A stretch of DNA of 64,000 bases from positions 3,968,001 through 4,032,000 of the forward strand of contig CP075493.1 of the NCBI GenBank assembly GCA_021613535.1, in the 5' to 3' direction. Made by a program: the position numbers and the translations under genes. This document shows positions 1 through 15,092 of the stretch, one piece after another. The notes beneath the pieces are model-generated. The model worked only from the letters and a program-made list of their open reading frames with translations. It was not told the DNA's origin and made no database searches. The stretch's first letter is position 1. Every line of letters starts with the position of its first letter. The DNA is from Adineta vaga (Eukaryota > Animalia > Rotifera).

Positions 1-678
1 GTTATTGATGCACGAACAAATCGCTATTTACCTAAAAATATCGCTGCAAGTACTGAGAATTTCGACACTGAACATTATCATTATGATCATGCAACAAATT
101 CAATTGATTGTAAACCTCTATCAAATAATCCATATCATATTTATTTTCGACAAGTTTATCCAACAACAATCAACGAACATGAATTAACTGACGATATGTT
201 CGATGTAATTCAATCTTATACAAATAGTCTATCTAACGAATGTTATATCAAAACAAATATCAATTTACTTAGTGCAAATTATGATGATATCGATTGGATT
301 TATGTAAATAAACTTCGATCATTAATTCGAGGTTTAAATCAATCAAATATTAAACCTATTTACTATCGTGGTTTAACTTTAAGTGATAAAGAAATTCAAT
401 ATTATCTTGATAAACGAAATGAATATTATTATACGAATTCATTTTTATCATTTACAATCGATTATGCATTAGTTTATGCTGGTAATGCTATTCTTCTTCT
501 GAAAACAGAACATACAAGTGAAAAAGCAAAGAAAAATCTTGCAAATATCTGGAAATGGAGTGTATTAATGGAAGAAAAAGAAGCTTTATTAGCTGTTGGA
601 ACAAAATTAAAGATTTTAAGTGTACATTATTTTGGTTATAAATGGCAAATTGAAGTTGAATTAGTCGAAGATGATTAG
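1..678 (+). CDS. ADP-ribosyltransferase (R-S-E/ARTC-like) domain protein, 5' end outside window
   Basis: Frame 1 is open from base 1 to TAG at 676-678. Catalytic-triad-like motifs: YYRGL, NSFLSFT, EEKEALL. Confidence 0.7.
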   Translation, partial: VIDARTNRYLPKNIAASTENFDTEHYHYDHATNSIDCKPLSNNPYHIYFRQVYPTTINEHELTDDMFDVIQSYTNSLSNECYIKTNINLLSANYDDIDWIYVNKLRSLIRGLNQSNIKPIYYRGLTLSDKEIQYYLDKRNEYYYTNSFLSFTIDYALVYAGNAILLLKTEHTSEKAKKNLANIWKWSVLMEEKEALLAVGTKLKILSVHYFGYKWQIEVELVEDD

Positions 679-698
679 GACATGTTTGTATGGATTAT

Positions 699-2214
699 TT
701 AAGCATTTTTGATTGTTACAGAATTTTCTAATTGAATATTATTGGATGTATCAGGAGGATTACTATCTTTACTATCATCAGCTTTAGCTTCGTCAATATT
801 TCGTTTCTCAGGACCGAATAAAATGATAAGAAATAAATAAACATATACAGAAGATAAGAAAATCGCCATGACTTTTCCATAATCATATTGTTCATGATTC
901 GTCATTTGAACACCTGGTGTCCTCTTTGGAAATGATTGACCAGCTTTAGCTTCAATTGTTGATGAAGCTGAAGAAATAAGATTACCCAATTGATATGCAG
1001 TACCAACTACAAATGAACGAAATTGTGTAGGCGATAGTTCCATTAAATGGATTGGTACAACACCCCAAACACCTTGTACACACATTTGTTGAAAAAAAGC
1101 GCCTATCATTATATTTCGATCAGTTGGAATCATATAAGCTGGTATAAGTAAAGCACCGATGAAAAGAACAACAAGTATTGATAAACGTCGACCAAAAAAA
1201 CTGGAAAAATAACCCACTGTCACACCCCCAAGTAGAGCACCACAATTAGCAGCAACAGTTGCTACAGTAACAAGAGTACTGGAAAATTGAAGAGTTGAAG
1301 AAAGAAATGTCGGATAGAGATCTTGACTTCCATGTGATAAAAAATTGAATCCTGCCATCATAAAAACTAAATAAATCAACAATGGCCAATGATTTACAAG
1401 CATGGATCGAACAGATCGCAAGAATGTACGAATAGATGATAGTTTTTCCTTCTTTTGATCTGAAATATTACAATCCTTAGTTAACGATAACAGCAGAAGT
1501 GGAACATTTTAATTTACCTGTATTATTGTTCATTTCACGTTCTCGTTTAACATTTAAATATGCATCCGTTTCAGGTAAGAATACACGCCATAGTGCAACA
1601 AGTAATGGTGGACAACCACCAAACCAAAACAGTGCTCGCCATCCATGTTGTTGATGATCCGTTATTGCTAAATTGAGAGCGGCTGCAAGAAGAAAACCAC
1701 ATGCATATCCTTGTTGTAATAATCCTGATAGAAGACCACGAGCAGCAATAGGAGCATCTTCAAGTGCTGTCGCTGCACAATTACCATATATTCCACCCAT
1801 AGCAATACCAAAAATTGCTCGAACACCAATAAATTGTTGAAAAGTTGTACAAAAACCTGTTCCAATTTCGACTAAAGAATATAAGATAATATTGATAATA
1901 AATGGCCATTTCCGACCGAATCGATCTCCAGCTATTCCAAAGATAATCGCTCCAATCGATCGAAGCATTAATGTTATGGTAATTGCCCAAGTCACATCTG
2001 ATGTTGATCGATTATAAGTTTTGCCAATTTCAATTATATTAAGTGTAACGGAAAAGAAATCAAATGCATCCCATGTCCAAGCCAGAAATCCAACAAGAAA
2101 AAAAGCGGTCTGTCGACGACTGAGCATGCATAATAATTTAATTGGATTTTCTGGAACGATCAATGGTGGTTTTAACGTTGTAAAACGAGTTTTTATATAA
2201 TTACACATTTGCAT
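699..2214 (-). CDS. MFS carboxylate transporter, JEN1/sialate:H+ symporter family (fungal-like), 2 exons
   Basis: ORFs 1477-2214 and 699-1421 are joined in frame by a 58-nt GT-AG intron (1460-1517), giving ...NNNT-DQKKEKLSS.... Motifs: WTWDAFDFF, GDRFGRKWP, LSGLLQQGY, NFLSHGSQDLYPT, YQLGNLISS. Confidence 0.9.
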
Positions 2215-2644
2215 TGCTATCTTTGATGTTTAAATCTGTGTGATATATAGTCGAACGATTGACTGTATTGTATATTTCGACGACGAGTCACACAAAGACA
2301 ATGTACTAGGTCTTTCTTTCTCGTTCTTCGCCCATGGTTATTTTCAAACGATGAAATGAAAGAAATATATGAATAACTTTATACAAATTGTTGTGTTCAT
2401 ACAAATAAATATAATGACTTATTACTTCGACGGCAAAAAGTAATTAGACTAGGTGATCAACATCATTTATCTTAATTTTTCTTTTATACTCTCTTTTAAC
2501 CTAGACAACGTTGTTATATTTGTAAAATCATAACAATCAAACTGTGCAGATACAATCATACACTTCAGATCATATCGTTTGATTTCTCAAGGTTTATTTC
2601 TTTTTTTTACTATAACAAAACGAACAACATCAAGAATTTTAACA

Positions 2645-3680
2645 TTAACATCGATATCGACGATAGACATGTTGACAAGCAGATAGAGTTTCTCTTCGAA
2701 ATGTTTGTGAAACTAATGTATAGAGAAAAAATGTTGCCTAAAAGTCAAAATTAAGTTTAGTACATGAATTTCAATATGAATTAACTTACTGCCATATAAA
2801 GATAACTAATATTCACACCAATTGTTGAAATAAATCCATCAATAATAGTTCGTTCACGTGTTTTAATCATTGTTTGAGAAAAGAAGGAATATGTTCCAGA
2901 ATAAGCATATATTGATGTAAAAAGAACATAAACAATACCTTGTATAAGTGATAATTTAATCAATTGAATATCTTTTCGTTGATAATGTAAACCTTTTTTT
3001 GTAATTACTGTTGTTTCGGTAACTGTTGCGACACGTCGTTGCTGTACTTGTCGAACATTAATTAAAACAAGTAAACTAAATAAAATCATGATAAATAATG
3101 GACCAAGAATAGTGACTAAATTGTATATTGCATAGAATGTAGGAAATGCAGTATCACTTGCTCCAACGCAACCTCGAGATCCTTCAATTCGATACCAAAC
3201 AAGCATACATATACTAAAACTAAACCAAAGACCTGCACCACCAATAATCATCCATCGAGCAGATTTCACTGAACTTTGTCGACGAATCCATGTATGACTC
3301 GATGTAACCATCCATCGATCGATACAAATCATGCAAAGAAAATGTCGCGATATAAGTAAACCACATGCTAGAAAATAAGATCGAATCTTACAGAAATAAA
3401 TTGATGATCGTGTTAAATCAAATCCACTCCATGATGTTATTACTCTTGTTAAACAACCAAAGTAAAGAAAGATTAGATGACCAACAGAAACAGTTATGAA
3501 ATACCATGAACATGCATTTGTTCGTAGATTTTTTTGTAAAAATACCAAGATATTAGCAATATTACTGAAATTTCCCAAAATAAATATTGCCGTCAACATA
3601 TACTGACTAATTTGATTTTGTAAAGGAACTAAATAATCGACTACTGTAGTCATCACAGTAGTATTACTAGCCGAACTCAT
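2645..3680 (-). CDS. Rhodopsin-family 7TM GPCR, 2 exons
   Basis: TM1 GN..NILVF and TM3 CKIRSY...IDRW. A short terminal exon (ATFFLYTLVSQTFRRE...C*) follows an intron at ~2738-2789. Confidence 0.85.
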
Positions 3681-4551
3681 CTTGCTTGAATTGAACTTAA
3701 AATGAAATGAAGTAAAAACATTTCTATATCAGGATTCAAATAATGTAGATCTTTTATTTCTTCAGGGGGCATTATAATTATCAACTACAATTATGATTAG
3801 ATTAGTCTCATTTTCAAGTTAAAATAGCTACTTACTCATCTATACGACGTGTGCTTAACAACATTCTACAGTATATACGACTTGTACATGATCTATTTTA
3901 TCCTATGACCTACTGTGTATACATAATTATAGAAATCTATCTTTGATATGCGTTCAATAACAAAGTTAATCATGGAAAATTTTACGTATGTAAATACGAT
4001 GTCTCATAATCAATGTCACCGATAGCTGATCGATTCTATATTTGACTTCATAAGCCATTTACAACTATTGTAAAAATTTAAAATATCCAGATTAGCAACG
4101 TTACAATGATCTACAAATTCTTAATCTAATTAACAAAGTTCTAGACATATTCGAAAATTTTTGCTAATAATTCTAAATCTTGACTTTTTTTCTAGTAATT
4201 TAACAAGTCCTCTCGAAAGCACAACATCTTTTCAATACATTTTGTAAAACGAATCCTGTTGTTATTTATATAAATCTGATCATAAAAAGAAACTTTCAAA
4301 CGTCTACTTCATCACAAATATATTTCTGTGCAAGTTGTCCGTTAGATTAAAAGTCATATTGGATCAGACTTCTTAATGTCATATTCCATTCTTGACAATA
4401 TTTATTAAATTAAATAGGTATTATCATGTTCTTCTTTTAAACTACTAGAAAAAACTGTGTACTGAGAAGATTATATTCGATTTGTTCTAATTTATGGAAA
4501 AAAATCGATAGAATTTTTATTCCATAATAAAATGATCATCAAATAGATTAT

Positions 4552-4971
4552 TTATGTTCGTATTACATCGATGTTAACATTATTAGTTAATGGTGTATGA
4601 GTATCATTGATATATACTAACTGGCCATTTCGTTTGGTAATCCTTGCTTGCATTGTAAGACCACCATGTCCGTGTCCAGCTCGTGATTTATCATAATAGA
4701 ATTGAAATCGAATAGGAAATTGTTGACGAGGTTGTAATACTATTTTCTGTCCTCCTAATACAACACTTGGTGCATCCATCAACGAAGCATTCACAACGGA
4801 AACTTCTAATATTTCATCGCCATAAAATACATCTGAAGAATTTCTCGATGATACTACCTTACCAGTTACTGTTTCCCATTGAGAATTATTATTAGTTGTA
4901 TTTGTTTGATAACCATAACCCATCGTTGGATAATATGATCCATAGGGATATCCACGGTATCCTTGAAACAT
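4552..4971 (-). CDS. YbaY/YscW-family (bacterial lipoprotein/pilotin-like) domain protein with Y/G/P-rich N-terminus
   Basis: VTGKV...LEVSVVNASLMDAPSVVLG...QFPIRFQFYYD...QARIT...GQLVYINDT matches the YbaY pattern. First in-frame ATG is at 4971. Intronless. Confidence 0.75.
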   Translation of the reverse strand: MFQGYRGYPYGSYYPTMGYGYQTNTTNNNSQWETVTGKVVSSRNSSDVFYGDEILEVSVVNASLMDAPSVVLGGQKIVLQPRQQFPIRFQFYYDKSRAGHGHGGLTMQARITKRNGQLVYINDTHTPLTNNVNIDVIRT

Positions 4972-5721
4972 TTGTGTAACTTTTAAAATGATTGATAATG
5001 AATAAAAAGTAAAAAACGTTATATATTTTGCAAGAATACGAAATGAAAACAAAACTCAACGAACTGTAACCAAATTAATAACTTTGTAGGAAGTATATTA
5101 TGAAAGAAAAATATGACTCATATTTTAATATGTAAAAATGTTTCTACTAATCGATCCATTATCTTCACAGTTGGTTGTGATTGAAAAGAAAAGAATCATA
5201 CATTCTATCCGAGAGAATTCTCTACAATTGATTTGATCTATATTTATGTGACTTCAATACGCATGATTTATCTTTCGGATTTACACTATTCTAATTTTTA
5301 AATAACAAAGTGATTCTCCAATGTAGCATGTATAAAAATCATGTCATCTTCCGTTATTTTGATTCTATCCTTCTAATACAATCGAGTAATAACATTTATG
5401 TAATTAAAAATTCCTAATTTATCACGATATTCTACGTTAATGACTTTTTTTTCAACTCTTTTCAATTTTCAGGTGATACTCTCACCTTGTTAGATTCGTG
5501 TTCATCAACCTCTGATAGTCTATAATGCTTACTGATCATCAAGATATGTTCCAGCTTTTGTTATCGCTTGGATTATTGATGATTCTTCTTCTTATTATTG
5601 TACATGTATGATGCATGAAAATGGAAACAGAAAATTTCTCTAATCATAGGTCATCTTTATTTGAATATGTTATCAATAACAAAAATAACACAAAAAAATC
5701 TATTTTTCTAATTGAACAAAT

Positions 5722-6297
5722 CTATACCAAAACTTTTTCTACATTTGGCTCCCATGTATTTCGACATTGATTCCAAAAAGCAATAGCTGAATGGGTACCT
5801 ATCATAACAATGAATAAGATTCCGATGAAAAATCCAAGAGCACCAGCACCATTCAATGGTTGTTTTAAACGATGTTGTAAGAAATAGAAGCCAACAATTA
5901 ATATCACCAAACTAATTATTAACAAGATAACATTAACTAAATGAAGCCAAACACGATAACGATTGAAAATGGATTTATTTGAACAGAATTCTACGAATGA
6001 TAATGTAATAGCCGAAATAATAATGACAATGATGCCTGTAATAAGTAAAGATGTTTCCGTTCTTGTGTTATTCGATATAAAATGTTCAGGAATATGATCC
6101 ATTTTTGTTACACGTGATGAAAAGATTGGACCAACATTTAATGATTGATGTTCAATTGGTGATGTATTGAATCTTGTAAAAATATTTTTAAAACATATTT
6201 CACCATCATTGACATCAATTGAACGCCAACGTGATGAAACAAGACAAAGCGTAAGCTCAAGAGCAAGCAAAACAAGAGATGCAATTGTACCTTTCAT
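5722..6297 (-). CDS. Four-TM membrane protein, claudin/PMP22-like topology
   Basis: Four hydrophobic segments, with a Trp after TM1 and a long first loop. Intronless 191 aa. Confidence 0.55.
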   Translation of the reverse strand: MKGTIASLVLLALELTLCLVSSRWRSIDVNDGEICFKNIFTRFNTSPIEHQSLNVGPIFSSRVTKMDHIPEHFISNNTRTETSLLITGIIVIIISAITLSFVEFCSNKSIFNRYRVWLHLVNVILLIISLVILIVGFYFLQHRLKQPLNGAGALGFFIGILFIVMIGTHSAIAFWNQCRNTWEPNVEKVLV

Positions 6298-6793
6298 TTC
6301 GATGAAGAATAAAGTGAATGATGTTTCCTTTTCCTGTCAATAGGTCATATATAGAACAAACAATGACCGTCCGTTTGGTCATTTATCAATGATAAAGAAT
6401 CGTCTGTTTCTTTCGTTTTTCTTTCTTCAGACAATCGGAATATAGCTATCTAATCTCTTTGTCCGACGTGACAGACTTAATCTTATTTCTCTACCAATTT
6501 TTCTTTATTGAAATTTCTAAACAAAAATGCACTACAAAACAAAAAGGAAAATTTCACTGTCACACACACACATACGAATACATAGAGAAGACAGCAGAGT
6601 CATTGTATAATATTGCTCATACAACAGAAGACATGTTCTACATTGAAAATGAAATGACATAAGAAAAGAGAGACAACAGAGGAGATATGAATATTCTTTT
6701 TAAAGTTGTAAATACTAGACGAAACCTAGTTGATGTTCATTACACAAGAGAGAGGGATGGGTTATTATTTTTTCTTTTTCCTATTATTTTCAT

Positions 6794-9302
6794 TTAATAA
6801 CCTTGATAGAAAATAACAGCAAGGATAAGAGCAATAACTACAAATAATGTGATGAAAACATAAATGCTTAAAAGAGCTGGTTTCCATGATTCTCCCTAAA
6901 ACAAAAGAATCAAAATATAAATTTTAACTTTTTTTAAATAAGCAATTATCTTACAGGTACACGTTCTTGACGTGCACGTTGATCAGGATGTTTTTCTGGA
7001 TAATAATCTGCATCTTCAAAACCTGAAAATATATCTTTCGTCGATAATCATTATCATTTATCAAGTAAAACTTACGTTCATAATCTTGTCTTGCACAACA
7101 GCAAGCGTGAATTTCAAAAATAAGTTGAACAATAAAATGAAATATACACCAACCAAATAAAAGCCATGAACACCATGTCCATAAATCTAAACGACGATTA
7201 TCCATACCCAAAAAGATAACCGGAACAGCAAGACAATGTGCTAAGGAAATAATTAACCAATGAATCCAATACCAACAACAATATCGTTTTGTTCGTGGTG
7301 TTGGCCGAAGAATACCGATCAATGGCTAAAAAAAAAGAGGATATGTTCTTTTTTTCTTTAATTATCATACACATTCAAATCTACATACAGCTAGAAAAGC
7401 ACAAACAAGTACGATAACACCAAGAATTGAATGCCACATATGATGCGTTCCATACGTCCATTTCCAATTCAATTCAAGAAGAATAGCAAAAAATGCTAAC
7501 CATGTTAAAATAGCCACTGTTATCATAATTGGTTGAAAAACCTAGAACATATCAGATATACTTTCTTGCATAAATCTTTCATTGATGAATTACATTGAAG
7601 AATGAGAGTCGTCTTCGTCGTTGTAATTTTTCTCCTGTAACAACGCCATTACTATCAAAGACAACACGACGTTCATATTCTGGCCAAATTAAATCAAAAT
7701 ATCGTGCAACCATAACACCAGCTGAAGCAAGAAGAATCCATGCAATAATATTTAAAATAGCTAAAAAATGAAAGATTAGTTATCTTCAAATAAATTCAAT
7801 AATAAAATTACCGTGAATTTTTGCAAGAAAAGCACCATCTCTTGGATGAGATTTTGCCCAAATACCACGTTCAAAATTAATTGGATGATTGTTTACAATT
7901 TGAATATCTTGTGTAGGAATACGCATACCTAGAAGATAGATATTTTATGCTAACATTATTAATCAATTCTATGAAAATACCTTGCGGTGTCATTAAATCA
8001 TGATTGGTATAAATTGGATACATAAAATGAGGTTCTTTTAAATTGATGAATTTATCTTTATCGACACCATCAGGATGTTTGCCATCATTTTCTGCTGAAA
8101 CACCTGCATATGGTGCTAATTTTCTTGTAAATCTACAACTAATATGTGTTCCATTTGAATAACCATCGGTATCTCGTAAACCATAGGATGGTCTTTCACG
8201 TTGCATATATTGTGGTGTTTGAACTCCGACGAACATATTTCGAACATAAACATGATTTTGAGCATCTTTTGAACATAATATAACTTGATCATCGCCCTAA
8301 AAAAAGAGAAAGATAAATCGAAGTTTGTTTATTATTATTATTTTTTCTTTCGTCAATACGGACTCGTTTTTCATCAGCAGAAAATCCGACACCAATGAAA
8401 CCATGTGCTCGAGCAACGATATGAAATTTTGCTGTATTATTATCAGTAACTCGCCATGAAAGTGCATATTCACATTTGGGATTATTACAATTTTGTGGAA
8501 CAATCAAACAACCTTGTGATTCTGCACACATATCAATATTCACAGCTTCATCATCTGATGGAATAATTCCTGGTGCAATACGCTAGAATAATAAAGATAA
8601 GTATTTCTATTGAAATATCTGTGAATCAAATACAACTTACTGCTTTCAATGGTGCAGATTTGACTCGATATATTTGCTTATTTGAAACAATATCTGCTCT
8701 ACAAAAGAAAGAAAGAAAAAGACATTGAATTACATTCAGAATAAGACACATACCGAAAAACGACTTCATCAAGATTTGGAGGAAGGCCAGTAGCTCGCCA
8801 TGCTAATGGAATTTCTCGATAACTATCACCTTCAACTCGATCGACATAAACAGCCTAAAGTAGACAATTCTATACAAAATTCTTTATTTTTTTGCTTCTT
8901 CGATACATACCGTAGCTCCATTTGAACACGTGTGATGTCTTAAAGTTAATCTTTCTGTTTGTCCATCATCAAATCGTCCCACAACATTATTTTCAGCATC
9001 AAATCCACGTAAAACAAATTCTCTGATACCATCATTGGGACGTTTTTGTTTAATTGATACTAAAAATTTCAATAAAATTAAAAAAAAAGGTTTTCTATAT
9101 TTCTTTATCTCTTACAATAAATTGTATTATCGGGTAAAAATTTTGTTTCATATAAATCGATTTCAAATTCATCATTGCCATCAACAGTTGGCAATCCACT
9201 TGCTTTTACATCCGTAGTACATAAGGATTCAAATGTTACTTGACTGTGAATTATATTAATCGAGTAAAATATCAATACGAGAAATAGAATGGGAGTATAC
9301 AT
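6794..9302 (-). CDS. Ferric-chelate reductase 1-like (reeler + DOMON + cytochrome b561), multi-exon
   Basis: Signal peptide MYTPILFLVL; reeler-like exons (FVLRGFD..VVGRF); DOMON (YALSWR, GFIGVGFSADEK); b561 His motifs (LAKIH, HQWIHWL-like region in ORF 6951-7322). Last exon is GESWKP...FYQGY* (TAA 6794-6796). Confidence 0.8.
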
Positions 9303-11722
9303 AGTTATTGTCTAGAAAACAGAAATACTGGTTGTGAATATATCTATGGTTAGGAAAGAAATTGTGCCGAAAGAGAGATGAGAAAAAATGGCGTCACTAT
9401 GTCTAACAATCTATCAATACGCTTAGAAAAGAATCGTTTGTTGTGTCTTTCAGGGTCTTTTTTTCTTCCGCTTCTTCTTGCGTTGTTCGATGCGAACACA
9501 AATTCTCACTATTACCACAGAGTTTAATGTGTATGCCTATATTATTATACATAGGCGCCGAGTCTTTTTTCCTTCTTTTTTTTTCCTTGGGTACTAATGC
9601 CTTGTGTTTGTGTGTGTGCATGTAGAGTGAAGAAAGGAAAAAGGAAGAAAAAAAAGCAAGAGAACAGTCAAGCACCAACTCGTCTGAATAAGAATCATGC
9701 GATTTTTCTTCTCTCGCTCTTTTACACAGAAGTTTGCTTAGTATGAGTAAACCACTATTATTATTGTTGTGCTTGATGCTTATGTGCGGTGATTTATAGA
9801 TGCATAGAGAAGGCGACTACTACTGCTCAATCCAAATATACATATTCTTGTCTACTTGAGGGTGGGTATGTCAAAGAATAACAGCAAAAAGAGAAGCGAA
9901 GTATTTGTTTATCAATCAGAAATATACAATCAATGATGCTAAAGAGAAAGAAAAAGACAGAAATCAGATACCTCTGCATGACATTAAAGGTGACAAGTGT
10001 CAATTACATGTGAAGTAATGATATAAGACAAATCTTTGGTAAGAAGTTCTTCCGTCTGAACAAGATAAATATACTATAAGATTATTCGTTTGAGGTATGG
10101 TATGATTTAATATTCATTTCTTTCTATTTGTCCTTTAAATCAATCAGAATCGAAGGTTAGAATTGCTGATGCAAAAATAATTATCGAAATATTAAATCTT
10201 ATACGACAAGTACAAAGTATGAACTTCTTCTTATTCGCAATAAAATCGATCATACAAAAAAAGAAACTATATGAACTTCACAATTGAATAAACATTACGA
10301 AGAATCGATATGAAAAAAATTACTTACTGTTTTCTATTGAGATTTGAAACTATCTATATCTATCTAATATTATTTTTTGTTTTAATGAAAGAATGCATTG
10401 AACCTGATCTAATATTTTCTATAGGTGAGAAACAAATGTTGTCATTTGAACAATTACGTCTACACATCAAAGGTTCAAATGAAAACGTAACATCTGTTAG
10501 AAAGTAATTATGTACATGCATTAGTCTCTCTCGCTCTTTTCCAAGCTGATGTTACAATGGATATGAAAAGAGAAAAGAAACTTTTCTTAATTGATATTCA
10601 ATGAACTTCGTGAGTAGATCTTCCAAACAACTTGTGAATGTGACAGCCAGTAATACTTTTTCTTGTCTCTTCTCTTATGTCAAGTAAACAGAATAACTTC
10701 AACCAATCTCGATCTGTTCATCATAGAGGTTCTTCTGAACACATTTCATTGGTAATTCGACGTTCATTCACTCGTTTCTTCCTGTCTCTCAACTCAAACA
10801 TTGCTTTGCTTTGGTTTGCTTGATGGAATAGTCTGTTCTGCCATTTCCTTACCTTCAATCTTTTCTTTTTGTCTATACACGAACAAATTTTCAAGTAAGG
10901 TCGTCGAAAATCAAAACACAAAAACTCATGTAAAAAAAAGAACGAGAAGAAAAGGTAATAGAAAACAAAGATCATCTTGAAATATGTGGTTACAACTATC
11001 AAATATGTTATTACATACTATATACCATATCAATATGAATATACGTAATATATCAAAAAAAGAAAACTTTCGACTAGATATATAATTGAGCATGAAAATT
11101 GTTTTGATAATGATCTATAATGATATTCAATTATTATAAAAGTTTATATGATGGTTAGTTATATCATTCTTGAAAATGATATATTTGAATGATTGACAAG
11201 TGTTTAATGAATGTTCAAACTAGTCTTTCATGTCATTTAATAGGATTAGTTAGAAAGAATATTAGCAGATTATTGTACGATTTAAATTACTTTAAGAAAT
11301 CAAAGTTTTTTGTAATTATAAATCTACAGATTGATCAATATTTCTTTTTTTTTGTTTGTTCTAAAACCTACATTTGAAGGTGAAAGAAGACTTTTTATAG
11401 TATATGTCATCAGACAGTAAACAAGTCTTTTCTTTTTTTATTATTCATCATCGTTTATTATATTTTTTCATTAACATATTACAAAAAAAAAGCTCTTTTT
11501 TTTCTCTATGATTCTGTCTCATGGATGTTATTTATTCTTTTCCATATACAAGACATTGTACATAAAAATAAGAAGAGAGACAAAAAGAAAACGAAGTAGA
11601 AGAAGAAAACTAGAATTGAGAGATTCGAATGATGGTAAAATAGAATAATAATAAAAAAAAACTTTTCATAGTCGATGATGATGATGATAGTAAAAAATTG
11701 TGTCTTTAGTTTAATCGCTGAT

Positions 11723-13548
<1,826 letters not shown>

Positions 13549-15092
13549 TTTTATTAGTTGTTGTTGCTTCGACGACGAGTGAAAGTGATGATGAAAAAAC
13601 CGTTAAAGAAAGGCGAACGATTGCCGACATTCGCTTGCAGAGCTTTATATAGGAGGACATAAATTCTCTCATTTTTTTTCTCTCTCTCTATTTTACACAT
13701 TCACTCTCTGTGTTTCTGGTAACCATCGCATAGCAGTTACTAGGGTAACTCCTTTTCTCTTTGTAATTCTTTTTATGTCTCGTTGTTGAAAAATGAACGA
13801 CAAATGCATTCATATCATTTGTTTGTTTCGTTGCTATGTAGTGACCTAGGAGAGAAAAAAAGAAGGAATCACACGAAATGTAACGATTGCATTTCGAAGT
13901 AAAATGATCTTCATGACAACGTATACAGAAGAATAGCTTTCTGTCTCTCTCTCTCTGTATGTTACTGTGTTTGTTCTGTTTTTTTAGCTATTCATCAGAA
14001 TTTTGTGTGCACAGTAACATTAAAAAAAAAGAAGAAAAAAGAAAGATTGTTGATAAGGTGTCTACACTTACAACGTAGTTACTGATGAGAAGAAACAATG
14101 GTTTTGTTTGAAGACTTTTAATATTCTAGAATGTAACGTTAAAAAACATTCAATCAAGAAAATGGTTGATATACAAATAAAGATAGAGATGGTAGAAAAA
14201 GAAAGAAAAACGTTTTAAATCTTAATTGTCAGAAGTCTTTATTGGCATTTTGTATGTTTTCGTTAGAAATAATTGTCAAGGGCAAAGATTTGAAAAGTTT
14301 TATAAAAAGGTATAGAAAATCGGATTAGGTTTTTTTTCTCATCAACTAAGATTATACACCAAAATATCAATCGATTGTTTCTTGTCTTTTGCCGATCTAT
14401 TAGAATAGAAGATTGAAAATACAGAGCGACGGTATTTTCTTATTTTTCAGACATTCAACATGTTTGATGAAGTGAAACTAATTCCATTTATGATGGTATT
14501 GAGAAAAAAGAGCAAATCAATCTATGGTATAAGATAAAATGTCATTTACAATCAGTCAAGAAGCTAAATTCGATATACATTAATAATCAATCGCTCAAAA
14601 TGACACTTAAGAAGAAAGAGAAAAGAAAGTATCACCAAATGTACAATGACAACTGAAAATAATCGCCAAGGAATAAATGAAAGAAAACTGCCAAAGGCTG
14701 CATCAATTAGTATGTGTGATATATATACATGCGATAACAACTTAACCTAAATAGTTAATATAATTATGTTGATGTTAGAGAAATTATAGATTTAATAATT
14801 GTTTTTCAAGATTCGAATTCGTCTGATGAAACCTGCTGTGCTTTCATCAGATAAGATAGATTTAAGAAATTGTATCTTTGTCAAATGAAAACAGCTTAGT
14901 AGGGAATGTTTATGGTATTGATGAATAATGGAGATAATATGAAAGAAACGATGGCGACAAACAAGAAGAAGAAGAAGAAAGAGTGTCTATGTATTTAGCA
15001 AATGTAGGAGAAAAAAAAAGAAGTAAACATAAAGCCATGCTAATAGTTGAATATAAACGAAGAAATACAACAGATTAGAACATTGATTACAG

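Noticed and set aside
5470-5643. Possible exon remnant after a strong acceptor (ttttcag)
   Set aside because: Stops in all frames and no recognisable protein similarity.
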